64,000 nucleotides of DNA from the NCBI GenBank assembly GCA_000165425.1, contig CT868006.1, positions 124,001 through 188,000 on the forward strand, given 5' to 3'. The stretch comes from Paramecium tetraurelia. Lineage: Eukaryota. Under the pieces are notes generated by a model. That model saw only the letters and a program-made list of their open reading frames with translations, was not told the origin of the DNA and did no database searches. Of this stretch, positions 28,501 to 42,455 are shown in pieces (within the stretch, counting starts at the first letter, position 1; each line of letters begins with the position of its first letter). The position numbers and the translations under genes were made by a program.

Positions 28501-29666
28501 GAACAATTATGTCATGTAATTAGAATAGGTTTAAATATTCTAGTTTCTTTATTGTGTTACAGTTAATAGAAATTAACAATATTGAAAGGCTATAAAGATT
28601 ATTTAAATAAGATTGAGAATGTTGATGAACAATGTTGTAAATTAGAGGTTGGAGTATTCCAAATAAACAATTAATAAGTAATATTGGAATATTTAGAGTA
28701 TCTATTTGAATTTTACTAATACTGTTGTTCAAATTATTACTAGGATAAAATCAAATAATTTTTGTTTATATTCGCTATAAATCTTCTAAATACCCAATAG
28801 GTTAAGGTTATAAAGAGCCTTATTTAATACTTGTAATAAGACGAAAAACTAAAAGCCTTTAAGAGATTACAGGATACTTTGGCTAAAGAATTGTCAGGAA
28901 ATAAGAAGGAAGTTTAACATAAGAAAAATATATTAATATCTCATTTAAGTTATTTAGAGGAAGATATAGTAGAAGTCGAAATTGTAAATATCAAATCTGG
29001 GTAACAGTTGGATTAATAATATGATAAATGTATTTAGATATGGAATGATTATCAAGATAATTCAAACTCTAAGATGGACTGCATGAAATAGTTGATTAAT
29101 AAGTGGAATGGGTATAGAAAGAATCATAAAATAAATCTGACTGAGTAGATAAAGTAGAATTTACAGTTTTGGAGAAGTTTACAATATTATAAGATAGGAT
29201 ATGATAGACATCAATGTTTGAGGACATGTGTAAATTTAAGGGACTTAAACAGAAATATGAAAAAGCACATTTCCAATTTTAATGAAGATTTACAATTGAG
29301 TGTATCTTTATAGAGGTAATAAGTAATTATATATGTAGACAATTATTAAAGGAAAGATAAAATTATATTAACTCTTTTGATATCCACCTATTAAATTCAT
29401 TTTTGAATGATTTGGGAGAATATTTGAAAGAATTGTTTAGGGGAGAGGACGTGCATACAAAGGTGAAATAACTGGAAGTTGAGTTTAGAAATTGGAAGGA
29501 GAATAAAGAAGAGGATGGGACGTATTAAAAGATGATGGAATTGAATAGGTAGTTGATAGTTTAGAAGTGGAAGAATTTAAAGGGTGGAGTGAAGGTACAT
29601 CATAAGGGGAGGAGGGATCAATTGACAACGATATAGGAAGAAGTTACGGATGAATTTTAATAATGA
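22569..29666 (+). CDS. Very large UvrD-like SF1 helicase with TPR region (TRANK1/LBA1-like)
   Basis: IGRSGTGKTT, LLDELQD, CGDNAQNI, NFRSHNQI, YEAKGLEFDDV and ELKQLYVAITR, followed by TPR-like AAMLFEEIG/AAQCYF. The product is over 2300 aa. Confidence 0.9.
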
Positions 29667-29721
29667 TTTGGAGATGATTGATATATTAAGAAAGGGAAAT
29701 TAAAATATATATATTTAAATA

Positions 29722-32700
29722 ATGTTTCTTGGTCTATTGTGCATTACATATTCAGTTTTGGCAAATTAACCAATAGAGATTGGGGAGACTATTAACAAGT
29801 AATCGATTAGAAATACGTTATTTTAGTGCTATAATGCCGTGGCACGGAAATGCCAAATATGAATTATACTAGTTCGAGTTGAAGGAGGTGAAATAGGATG
29901 CGGATTTGGTGGTGGTGGTGAAACAATTGTCTGCCTTGGGGAATCCGGACATTTACATATCTACAACGGTAACAGAGCCTAATGAGCATACGGCTGAGTA
30001 TATATGTGACTCAATTGGGATGGGTATGAAATTTAGTAAATTGATAGATATATGTGTGATTGATAATGCAAAGAAGGGTCCGTATTATTTGACAGTGCAT
30101 TGCGAAGGCTATTGCAGATATGCTTTGAAGGTGGTTTATCAATCGGAACTATTGATGACGAATTGTAAATATCCCAATGTTCATTATTTTAGCTGACGAC
30201 TTAGAATTCAAGTATGATAGCAAGGCTTGGACAGACGTAGTCAGAATTGAAACAAAGAACCTGAGTTGGGAGGAAACTCAGATGAAACCAACATTGGAGA
30301 TTCAAGTACGAGTGAAGAATATGGAAATATTATAAGAATCCTTTAAATCATATTTAAATATAGGTGATTAGAAGCCTACGCCACAGAAATCTGACTTTGT
30401 TGGACAAGATACTTTCTCAGGAATGCAGAAATTCAAGATTCATAATTTGGAATCTAACAGCAAGTTCACATTGCTTGTGGAAGGTCAAGAAGGGGCAATC
30501 ATTTAGATTCAAACCAGAACCTACGGAACCATTCGTTATATGTAAGTGGGAGACAAAGTTGAAGACATAGTTGCTGAGGATGACTACTAGTTCTATTGCA
30601 TAGATCTTACTTAAGATTCTAAGGGAATTGCACTTGGCCAAACAGTCTTAAATATTCAACTCCTCCCTTTTAAAGGGTATACTGAAATGTATGTTAATTT
30701 GGATTTCCAACCCCCATTCTTGGATTAGTATTATTGGCAATTGAAGGACAGAATAACTGATGATCTGGTGATCACGAAGACAGATCTAAGTAAGGCCAAT
30801 GCAAAAGGAAATTATGCATATGTGGCAGTGAGAGGAAAGGAATCAAATGCCACATTTGAATTGAAATCCTAAGTCCTAGATCCCAATCTCATGCTCCTAG
30901 AACTCAACAAGCCCACAACTGCTAAATTGTAAAAGACTAATCAAATACAATACAAGTTCTATGTTAGACACAGTAAAAAACAAACGGTTAGTGTGAGTTT
31001 GAAGAATCTCAAGGGTGATGCTGATATTATTGTAAAGCAATGTGAGAATCTGTGGATGTGTACCATACAATAAGATGAAATCCATGATAAGGAGTAAAGA
31101 GTGGTCACCAAACCTGGAAAATTGTTTTTGTATTCAGACAAGTAATTTCTCATTTGATATAATCATAGTCCTGGCAATGACATCATTGTGTTTGATAATG
31201 ATCCAGAGATGTGTTAAAAGTATGAGAATACATATCAATGTTTTTATGATGTGGTTATATATCCTGGACCTAAAAATGATCAAGACGAACTTATTTACTC
31301 AATACTCATAACCACAAAGGGAGAATAGATCATTTTAAGAGAAAACACTCCACTGAAATAGTACGTAGGATTGGGCTTAAATAATTACTATAAATTCATA
31401 GTTGAAGAGTAAGATTATATTAGAAGAATGATGATTCAAATTACACCCATCTAAGGACAACCAAAACTGTTTGCATCCTAAACTACCCAGAATCCCACCT
31501 AACAAGATAAGTAGGCTGTGCAAAATGTCATCACTTATGGATAATTTGGGTAGTAGGGTGACTAAGAACCGATAAAAGGAACCTATTACATAGCTGTCAA
31601 TGGGTACACAGCATGTCAATATATCATCACAGTGTATGTGTTTAGAAACAGGGGAGACTGGAGTTAGATTGGCAAATTTCCTCATCAATACATATTGCTA
31701 TTAGATGGATATCCCTAAGAAATTACTTCCTAGAACAATACTGATGTCTGGTTATTTAAGATCGACTTGAGTGCTTATGACAATCCTGAACAGCTAATGC
31801 ACTATGGTGTTGATGTTAAACTCAGAGTCATTCAAGGAAGCTTCTTAATGTATGGGTTTGATCGTCCTAATGTGAACAAGAGCTAAGCATTCTTGAATGG
31901 CTCTGATTTCTTATCCCTCAACACGTTAAGCAAAATCTATCCTCAATATTTGTATATCAGAGTGGAACCAAATCCAGTGATTTCCACAAATCAATTATCA
32001 TTCCAAATTTATTATAGAATCAACAATCAACCAATTGAATTGATTTTAGGCGATAATTACAGAGGTTACATATCTAAAGATGATACCTAATAATTCGTAC
32101 TCAGCTACTTCACAAATGATGAATTGGTGATAACAAAGAATGCTGAATACATGGATTAATCAGTTTTAAAGGCAAGGGTTTACTATGGTAATTTTGATCA
32201 AGACATGACGACCTCGAGTTTCTTATTAAAGAGTGAGGACTTAAACTTTGAGAAATGTAAAACAAATGCCACAGAAATCATTAAGTGTCAAATTACAATT
32301 TTCATCTCTGCAAAAGTCGACACTTATTTCTCTTTGTTGATTACCAAAGAAGCCTCTGTCGTTTTCTTGTATGATGGTGAACCAGTCACAAAACAACTCT
32401 AAAATAAAAAAGATCACTTTTTATTCTATTTGACTGATCAAGAAACTGAAATATCCGTATTTTCCATATCAGGAGAAGTCAAAATATTGGTTCAATTCTT
32501 TGAGTAATAACCTAAATTGGAACAATTTCCAACCAATAATTTGGATGCTGCAATTCAATCCTTAGATGATTCGAATGATATTGGCAGTTCAATCTTCATA
32601 TCCAATGAGCATCTTGAATTAAAATAATGCAAAGAGAAAGGATGCTATATAGCTGTGACCTGCATCAAGGATCCAAAATATGATGCTAAAGGATAATACG

Positions 32701-35204
32701 TCATCACCAGATCCTCAAGCTATACAGTCCTATATCCATCCATCATATATTACGGTGAGGCTGAGAACTTGAAGATGAAATATTTCAAAATCTCCAATGT
32801 CTCACTGTCACATGGACTCATGGTCGTAGTGTCTCCCTTAAGTTAAGGCAGTTTAATAGTTCTAGCCAGCAGAAACGAGATGCCCACTTTAGACACTTAT
32901 TAATACTCCTCTAATTCTATGTTAGGAGACCAACTCGTCATTCAGGCTTAAGAGGATGAATCTAAGTCAGTTAATTACTAGTAAACCTATTTATTTATTA
33001 TTTTAGTGTGGGTGTTTATGCATTTGATAATGTGAAGTTTTCAATCCAAATCAATATTGGAAATCTTCACTTTTATCAGCTCAAAAAAGGAATACCTATG
33101 AACTTCTACGCTGAATACAATTCATTCACCTACCTTAATTACTACCATTCTCAAGACTCTGAATTCACTATCTTGTTCAGCTCCAATCTTGTGACTCAAT
33201 ACAATAGAGCAAATGTTCATGTGTACACCTATAAAGACATGTCAATGTAGGCAGATGCCATTCAAAAAGTTCAATAGGAGTAATTTATTTAAAAATACTT
33301 ATAGCCCAATGTGGAAAATGGCTGATTACTTCTTAACAATCAAAAAGGATATCAAGTACTGTTCATCATGTTATTATTTGATCTGTGTTCAGAACTTCAA
33401 TGTAAATAATGATATTTCGATAACTATATAATTGGAAAACGAATCAACTTAAATGTTAGACAACGTGGAAATTACCAATCAAATTTAGCCCAACAAACCC
33501 CATTATTATCATTACATAGTCGAAGATGACTTTTATTTGAATGCCACCATCTTTGAAGGCAAAGTCTAAATCTTAGGAGGGTTCCATAAGCATTTATCAG
33601 AAATCGAGTATCCCTTGCTTACTCTAGATGTAAATGAGGGTCTTACTGATAAAAATGGTCAAGTAATTGGATACTCCTACAGCGAAGGAAAATTCCCTAA
33701 CAAAACCATTAAAGTCAATAAGGATAACTCTGAGAATCCAAAATATCTTTATAGATTCAAAATCGTCTCCAGCTCTGTGTCTACCTATAAGATTGAGTGC
33801 ATCCAATAAAGATAAGCAATCGAACTCAAAGTTGGAGAACCCCAAAGCCACGAACTCAATTCAACACATACCGTTCCATTCTATTTTGTAATTCCTGAAA
33901 GAGCCTACGACAACTCAAATGAAGGCTTCTACACATTAGATATTGAAACCTATGGCCACTCACAAGCAAGAATCAGCGAGAAGACTTAACATCCCAATAT
34001 CAAATTAACTTAAGATCTCTATAGCAATCCAAATTTCCTTAGTGAAAATCACAACTTCTAGGATGTTCAATTCATTAGACACAATCAAACAGATCAAATA
34101 ATCCATTTCGAATTTCCAAACACTCCAGGACTGTATTTCCTACAAATCAGTCCTAGAGAAGCCTCAAATCTCCCCTATACCGTTACCTTGGGAAATGATT
34201 TCCTAAATATTTTGGCACCAAAACTCTCGAGATTTGCCTCCAATAGGATTGGGTAACAAAGATTCTGGGAATTGAATTTGTACAAACCTTCCAAAGTTCT
34301 CATTCAGGCCTAATTATGCGGTGGAATCATAAGTGTTTATGGAAGTGAGAACCTTGAAAACTTGCAAAGAGGATCATATTCCTAAAAAATGGACTATAAA
34401 CATAACAAATAGATTATTGGAACCATACCAATTTCATCATCTGGCCCCTATTACTTGAGCACCAAGGCTGTTAAGAGCATGATTCCTTATAAGGATTACG
34501 TGGATTACATCCTGAAAGTGAATGTACTTCAACCAAGCAGTGTGGTACCACATGAGCACTTTGAACCTGGAGATGGAGGTGAATTCACAGCACATTACGA
34601 TGGATCGAATATCACTATCTTTTTTAGTCCCATTCAAGTTTCTGAGCAATCCAGTTCTGAGTACAAGATCTAGAGTTTCTCATACAATTTTATTTACAAG
34701 TTGTATAATTAGTCAAGTGAAGAAATTCCCTTTTATCACTGCGATTCTTCAATAAGCTTCCCTTCCATATCGTTTAACAAAGAACCTCATTAACGTCTTA
34801 AGGAATTGAATCACGAATTCTATGTTGGCAAAGACTTCGAGAAGATATCTCTCAGCATTTTAGCTAAAGGTACTTATATCACTTATTACGCTAATTAGTC
34901 AGAGTAACTACAAACAATTTTGAAGAATTGAAGCTGTATTATTATTATGACACACTTTCTATGAAGGTGGATAATATTATATTGAGGTCCAATCCAAAAG
35001 CATATAGAAGAGGAATCATTTTCGGAATTATCACAATTCTGTTAATAGCAATTATCTGGTTATTTATAAGAAACAGAAAATTAAAATAATTGTATTATAA
35101 GTTTTTATAAAATTAGAATACAATTTGAATCTTCCTAATAAGGAACTCAACATTTAGTAAGGCAGGAGCAATCAATTGAAATGAATTATGCAAATTTACG
35201 TTGA
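29722..35204 (+). CDS. Large type I membrane protein with repeated beta-sandwich (PPC-like) modules
   Basis: Signal peptide MFLGLLCITYSVLA, recurring GNPDIYIS / GYTEMYV / GDADIIV / GQPKLFA / GPYY motifs, TM IIFGIITILLIAIIWLFI near 35015-35070, and tail ending YANLR*. Confidence 0.8.
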
Positions 35205-35467
35205 TAAGTGTGATATATTATATATGATGATGAATTGTTATATTTATACATTCGGAATATCAAGAACTTCCTATATTTCAGCTGAGTATGAATTCAAATA
35301 ACTATCATTTAATTTTTGAATACTCAAACTCTTCTTACTTCTATAATAAATAGGTGTTATAATAAGCATTGATTTTAGGAGTAAATTTTAAATAAGATTC
35401 CACACACTATAATAAGCGAGGAGAAGATTGATTATTTTTATTATTTTCTCTTTATAAATTGAAATTA

Positions 35468-36182
35468 ATGAGCCTTAGAGACTTCAACTGTATTACGATA
35501 TCTGCATGTAAGTTTTGGGAAAATTAACTCAAAACACCAAAAAAAGAAGAGGAATCTACAGTATGCAGTGTGCAAAACCCACCTTAACCATCTATACTGG
35601 AAGTTTCGGCATAGAAGTGTGAGGAATACTTATTTGGAGGAGAAGAGAAAATTTAGCCTGTTGCTGAATCTATAGACGGTGATGAATAATTGGTTGAGTA
35701 AGATAGATAGCCAAAGGATGACAGTTTCTCTTAGATGTCCGAGAAGGAGAGTCGAAAAGAGAGTAGGAAGTCTAAATCCACTTCCACAAAGAGGAAAGGT
35801 TAGTTTTAAGTTTAATTGAAGGAAAGAAGAGATTTTCAATCCAATAGAATCACCTCATTATGGAAAATATAAGGAAAGGCTCTAATTTTAATGAGATTGC
35901 GCAGTAGATTCCAGGAAGCACTATAAGTTCAATCAAGAGGTAGTTCATAAAAAAGCTTCGAGTTGTAAATGAGGAATCTGAGGATGGAGAGATTGTAAAT
36001 ACCATGAATCGGATACAAAGGTTGCTAGAGTAAATGAATTTACTAAATATAGAGACCAGAGTATGGACAGAGAAGAAAAAATAAGAGAACTCAAGATACT
36101 GATTTCAAATATCGAGAATCATTTGCACATAACTAAACAATTAATTCTAAAGAAATACTTAACCTTATTTCAATAAGAGTGA
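35468..36182 (+). CDS. Protein with divergent Myb/SANT-like domain
   Basis: KKRFSIQQNHLIME..GSNFNEIAQQIPGSTISSIKRQF resembles a Myb repeat. Two tiny introns are present. Confidence 0.6.
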
Positions 36183-36310
36183 TGATCTTTCATACATTTC
36201 CAAAATTTCTAAAACTAACAATAACTAATTCAATCCTAACACTCACACCTTTCAAAGTCCTAATTATTATTTTTAACAATTTATCCATTCCTTCATCTTC
36301 CCTCTCATTT

Positions 36311-37000
36311 TCATTTCCATCCTCCTCCTCCCCTCTTTTAATCTTAAAAAACCTCTCTTCTCTTTTAAATGTCAACCAAAGTCTCCAATTCCACAATGCG
36401 TTTATATGAAAATACTATGAACTATCTAAATTAATGTTTAGAATAATACTGAATTTATAATTTAACTCTATTCAATCCTTCAATATTTCTCCTCATTTCT
36501 TAATCCAGACTCTTCTCCTCATGTATCTCTCCTTTAATCTGCTATGAAAATCCTTGAGCATTGATTACAATTCTCAAATAATATTTATATAGTCATTATT
36601 AAATATTTCATAAGTACTTCCTGTATATCCTTTAAAGTTTCTTATGAATGCTTAACTAATTTCATGTATAATTTACTCATTTGATCAAATATTGTCACTA
36701 GTACTCATACTTACTATAAGCTTTCCTATAAATTAACAAATTGTTTTAATTTCTTATCATATTTATAAGGAGACTATAAGACATATTCCATATAACCCTT
36801 TGCATTACTTTGGACACTATTTAGCGGTTTCATCTCCTTGGAGTATCTTAGTAGTTTCCGAATCTAACCCTTAAGACAAGATATGTTTTGAGTCTGATAT
36901 ACTTTTAATTGATAGGTCCCTCGTTCTAACCAAGATCCAGACCGTATAATCCCGTTTATTTTACTTGCCTAAGTTGAAATTTCATTTTCAAGTTATAAAT
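36311..37000 (-). CDS. Hypothetical coiled-coil protein; exon structure and start unresolved
   Basis: Coding-like segments are joined by GTA..TAG introns and end GGGGWK*. Confidence 0.4.
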
Positions 37001-37178
37001 AATCATATAAACTATTAATTCAATTCTTTATATTCTATTTTTCTCAACAATTACAAAATTTTAGTCATAAGATAATATTTATTATAATATATGGATGCAT
37101 AAAGATTATTTATATGATAATTTTAGTGGATTGTGAATTAATAGCAATAAAGTAGTTAACATTGTTATTTTAATTAAA

Positions 37179-37460
37179 TCAAGTATTCCTGAGTTTCCGT
37201 ATTTTTTATAATTTGTACACAATGTCCTCCAGCCCCAGTTATTTGGGCGTCTCCTGCACTCTATCTGATTGTAATGAAAGATTTCTGATTCTCAGATGTT
37301 AGTTAGCTTGGGATTTGAATAGTTAGTCATAAGCTTTGTGATCAAACTTTGTTAATGGAGCCACAAGTAATGGATCAAGTCTTCGATAAAGTGCTGTGCG
37401 TTTTCTTTCTAAAAATAGGCTTGGAGGTTAATAAATAGTTTGTTTCCACTTCTCCATATT
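37179..37460 (-). CDS. Small hypothetical protein; start unresolved
   Basis: Open frame YGEVETNYLL...KIRKLRNT* with higher GC than its flanks. Confidence 0.4.
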
Positions 37461-37730
37461 AATATTATTAATACTTATACACATTAATTCAACTTAAAAC
37501 AAATGAATCATTTTAATTGAATTTCAAAATTACAAGATACTAGACTTTCGCTTTGTTGTTTAAGCATTATTTATCGTCAATTATGATCTCTTAAAATAAC
37601 TGATAAATACTCTTGTTATATATCGAATGTAAAATGTATATATATTTTAAACAAACTTTATTAATAATTTCCTCAGAAAGAGTATATATTATTAAGATTC
37701 TTAAAAGCTATTGATACAAATTGAAATCAA

Positions 37731-38653
37731 TCAAATATTTTGATGAGCACTCTTATTTCTTGTGATGTTTCTTCTGTGTCTTCTATGTCTCAATCTGACT
37801 AGTTCCTCCTCCTCCTCTTCGCATATTTCTTGAACTTGCAAGAATTGTGGTGACTATATCTCTAATTTTTATTCCTAATCTAATTCTCTGATTTCATCAA
37901 AATTAAATGAATAATTGAGCTAGAATATAAATTCATTTTACATTGGGATCGCTCCTTTGATGACAAGAAGTGCTTCTAATCATGCTGCTTTTACGAGAGG
38001 CTGGTTTTCGAATAGAATTGCGTATCTTCAACACATTAGTAGGCGAAATGAAACCTGGGGTTTTGGTACCATCATCTTGAAAAGAGTCAGTAAGAGGATT
38101 GAAGCAAGGGGAACCTTCAAAATATTCTTACTTCTCCCACATCTCTTTAAGAACCTAAGTAAATCTAGTAAATTCATCCTCCTTAGGTTACTAAATAGAT
38201 ATCGAACCATAAAATTCAATCAATTGTTTTTTTGATTAAAGAGTCGGATTGATGAGATTATGTTTTTCTTTGACATAATAGAATGCTTTTTCGTATTTCC
38301 AACCTTGGCTAATGAGATATGCAATTGCAATAGTGGGTGCTCCTTACAATCCGTTATTACAGACTACAAGAATAGATGATAATTTCAATCCATTCTAGAT
38401 CAATTCACAAATATTTTAAAGTTATTGTGTAGATTTGTCATCTTATAAAAATACTTACTAAATGCTAAGATTGAAGAATTACATAGTATCGCGCAAAATC
38501 AGTGTAATGTTTTGAAGGACTCTTATCCACACAAATAATAGTCCTAATATTTCTCGATCGGAGAATATTCAGTTGATCAGCCTAATGGATGTTTGACATA
38601 TATAAGGAATGAAATTTATCGCTGATTATGTGATAAACCTATGCTGAATTCAT
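37731..38653 (-). CDS. Dual-specificity phosphatase-fold protein, probably inactive
   Basis: LYMSN, NIRTIICV, SILVVCNNGLQGAPTIAIAYLI, AFYYVKEKHNLINP. The Arg of CX5R is replaced by Gly. Confidence 0.85.
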
Positions 38654-38670
38654 TTTGATAATAATAAAAT

Positions 38671-39551
38671 ATGAACATTAATAACTAGTTACTAAAGATC
38701 GTACAGGATGTATTGATTATCCAATATCTCTAGATTCAATTAACAATTAAGAGTGATTTCGATCTTAAACCCAACCTTGATGAGTTGATCACAATATTGA
38801 GATAATAAGTGACTATTCTGATTGAGTTGGTACAATAATAAAAGAGTGTTGATTATGATTAATTGGAGAAAGCAGTCCAGAAGGCTGAAGCTGAAATTCG
38901 AAACCATGTGAGAGTAATAGTGCAATTCCTACCAATTTAGGTTGAATAGTAAATGAAGTTATATTCGGACAGTCTCTAAGAGAAGATTGATTAATTGGAA
39001 AGGGAAAAACAGGAATTGATTGACAAGGTATCCCATCATTCTACTAATCCCTAAGAATAAGACCCTGATTTAAAGTCAGGAACGAAAGATCTCTTCACAA
39101 AATGCTACCAGAGAATCGAGTCCTAGTTTATTCAAGAAGTCCTACATCTTAGGCAATTAGGTGTATAATAGATAATAGGGTACTTCACAAGACAACTGTA
39201 CATCAATCATATAAAATTGTGACAGTCATTAGACCAGAGAAAAACGAAGCTCGGGCACTTAACATTCATACATTATGATGAAAAATATGTATCACATCAA
39301 TATATCCAATTAGTCGAGATAAAGTCAATATGAATGCTTCTTAGGAAAAGATTAATGATAAAAGTTCCACAATTCTCAAATCTCAAAATGGTTCCTCGCT
39401 CATTAAAATGTATAACATTTAGAAATTAATCATCAAAAATCAATAAGATAAAAATTTATAATAATTAAAAAAGTACTATTCTTATCCTAACCTTAGTTAA
39501 ACTCTGAATCAAATTTTGGATGACTCTCAAGCCACAAAGAAGAAACCTTGA
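38671..39551 (+). CDS. Coiled-coil hypothetical protein
   Basis: YDQLEKAVQKAEAEIRNHVR..EQQMKLY heptads, tiny introns and TGA at 39549-39551. Confidence 0.7.
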
Positions 39552-39892
39552 AATCATATAAATCATTATCTCATAAATATTTATTAAATCTTAAACAAAA
39601 TATTTACATACAATTTAAAGTAAACTGTCTTCTATTCATACAATTCTATTAAGAACTTTTACATCATCATTTATAAGAACTTTTTGAAATTATTATCATT
39701 AGTATAATAAACTATAAATCAAAATTGACTTATGGGTTCTCCATTTTTTATTTTAGAAGTATCTTAACGAATACTATAAAAACCTGAAGGTGAATCTAGA
39801 AGAAAGAATATTTTATAAGATTTTTTCATTATTAATTGAATAAAAGCTGATTTAAATTAATTTTCAAATCCAGAAATTAAAATTCTTTTTTA

Positions 39893-40610
39893 ATGGCATA
39901 ATTCGCAGTTGAAAACCTTGCTTAAGTCAATGAATTCCTTTCAAACAACAATTATTTGAATGGAGATCTCCCAGGAGCTGATGATGTCAGAATCTTCAAT
40001 GCCTTGAAAGGTGTTCCACCCAAGGATTAATTCCCAGAAGTTTATTTCTGGTATTTACTCCTCAGCTCATTCACACCAGCCGTTAGAGCTTAATGGGCAC
40101 CAGCTGCTGCACCAAAGAAGGATGCCCCAAAGAAGGAGGCACCAAAGAAAGAAGAGCCAAAGAAGGAAGAACCAAAGAAGGCTGAGGATGATGTTGATCT
40201 CTTTGGAGATGATGATGTTGATCCTGAAGCTGAAAAGAAAGCTAAGGCTTTGGCTGAATAAAAGAAATAAGAAGCTTTGGCCAAGAAAAACAAGCCCAAG
40301 CCAGTTGCCAAGACTATTGTGATCTTCGAAGTTAAGATCTTTGAAGCTACAGATTAAGCTTTATTGGAATCCACAGCCAAAAAAGTCAAGGAAACCATCA
40401 ACCCAGATGGTTTGACTTGGGGAAAGGAAGTCAAATTTGAAGAAATTGCTTATGGAGCCAAGAAGATTGTCATGTCAATGATCATTGAAGATGATAAGGT
40501 ACTTTATTAAATCATCCTCTTAGATCCTTACCGACGATGTGTTTGATCAAATCACAGCTTGGGAAGATGATGTTTCCAGTGTTGACATTGTATCAATGTA
40601 AAAGGTTTGA
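39893..40610 (+). CDS. EEF1B: Translation elongation factor 1-beta
   Basis: N-terminal NEFLSNNNYLNG, EDDVDLFGDDD, AKTIVIFEVK, DGLTWG, IAYGAKK, IEDDK and VSSVDIVSMQKV*. Codon bias is strong and there is one intron near 40499-40524. Confidence 0.95.
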
Positions 40611-41882
40611 TAAATATTAAACAAAGTACATAAAAATATAAAATCACATCCTTCTAGTTTAATAATCTATGCAGATTAAGAGCTTATATTTAATAGATAT
40701 ATCCAAATTAATCTTGTTTAAGGATTTCTTTATTTCCTACATTAAATCAATCAATCTTCTTTTATTGATCTTAGTGAAATGATATCATCTAAAACAAATC
40801 TAAATATCTTGAAGACCGGATATTTTTTGCTTTTCATTTATTGTAACTATATAATACCATTATTATTATAAATTAATTGACAGAATTCCCTTAAAATTGA
40901 TATAATAAAATCCTAAGAGAAATTTTAATAAAATGGATTTAAGAATAAAAGTAATCGATTACTAATGACTATCTCATAGTAATTTTGTTAATATGATTAA
41001 AACTATCTTTACTATACTTTAAGAATATAGTAATTAATAAATATAATTTAATTAATTTTAATACCAATTTTTAGAGATGGCTGATTTAAGAAAACGATAG
41101 CTTTTTTGAGGAGAAGCAAAAAAGGAAGTTTCTGCACTCAGAAGATATATAAATTATAATATCTCAAGTTGAAAAACATAATACCAATGCTAAGAAAAAT
41201 GAACGGAAATATCAAATTTACCCTTTCCTAAAAATAGTGCTTGCTAATGATTGTTATTAAAAGATTGAATAAGATACTTAATTGATAAAAGATTTAATCT
41301 CAAGTATAAAATGATAAATATTAATTAATGAAAACTTCTTAAAGATAAATATCCTTTTTTTACCTATTTTTGAAAACAACCTTAGAAAATTATGGAGATT
41401 TGGATAATAATGAAGATTATTAAGAAAGTCATTTAATTTTTATAATTTCCTTAATACCATTTAGTTAATAAACTCTACCTTAGGATCAATATGAATGTTA
41501 GTAGTAAAAGTAATTTTGCAAATATAGATAATAATCGATTTAAGAGAAATTAATCTGATATTTTCTTATCAAATTGGAAAAAAGAATAATCTAATTATAT
41601 AAATTACCCGATAGTGAAGGAGGGGAATAAATAATTGATTTTTACTAAATTACACAATTGAATGGACATCTTAAGTAGCCTATTCAATTTACAAGAGTTG
41701 TTGCAATAGGATATCTGATGACATTAAAAAATAAGAGTTCACTATTTATCTTTGAAGGTGTTTAGATAAGGGGGAATAAAATAGTGAATAAATAGGTTTA
41801 TAGTTAAGTAGTGAGTTATGACCCAAAGGCAATAGTTAATAAGATAATGCAATAACGAGTATAATAATGATACTATAATTAA

Positions 41883-42455
41883 TCAATTGAGCATATTTTT
41901 AAGTTTAAGCTTAAATTTTTTTAAAAAAGGTTCTGTGGTTGTTTTATTTTTTTGAGAAACTGGATTGATTGAAGATATGAAATTAAAATAATCAGTTGAT
42001 GTATGAGTGTAATTACATTATTAACTGTTTTATTTTTGGGCGAGTAGAATATTCTTTAGACATTTCTATCGATATTGACTTGTAGAGTTCTTACGAGAGG
42101 ATTTATGTTATGCCGAAATGATGATCCTTTGAAGTACTTTAGGACAACTTGCTTGAGGAGTAGGCACTCCCAACTCTGCAAATGCGCTTTTATGATGACA
42201 ACTTTTAGGTCTTGAGATATTAGTAGGAGTTTCTGTTATTGATTGTCTTGGCATTAATCTTGTTATTGGTTATTTAAATGTAATGATCCTTTTTTTCTAT
42301 TAACTTGATTTTGCAGGAGTAATGGGTACATCCCAAGGCTCAGCAGTGAAATCAGTTTCAATTTAATGATAGAATTTATTTGCAATTGGCATTTAAATGA
42401 ATTCTCTCAAAGTTGGTTCTATATTCAATAATTCCAATTATGGATCTCGAGACAT
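41883..42455 (-). CDS. Hypothetical protein
   Basis: An uninterrupted ciliate-code ORF, MSRDPQLE...KNMLN*. Confidence 0.65.
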
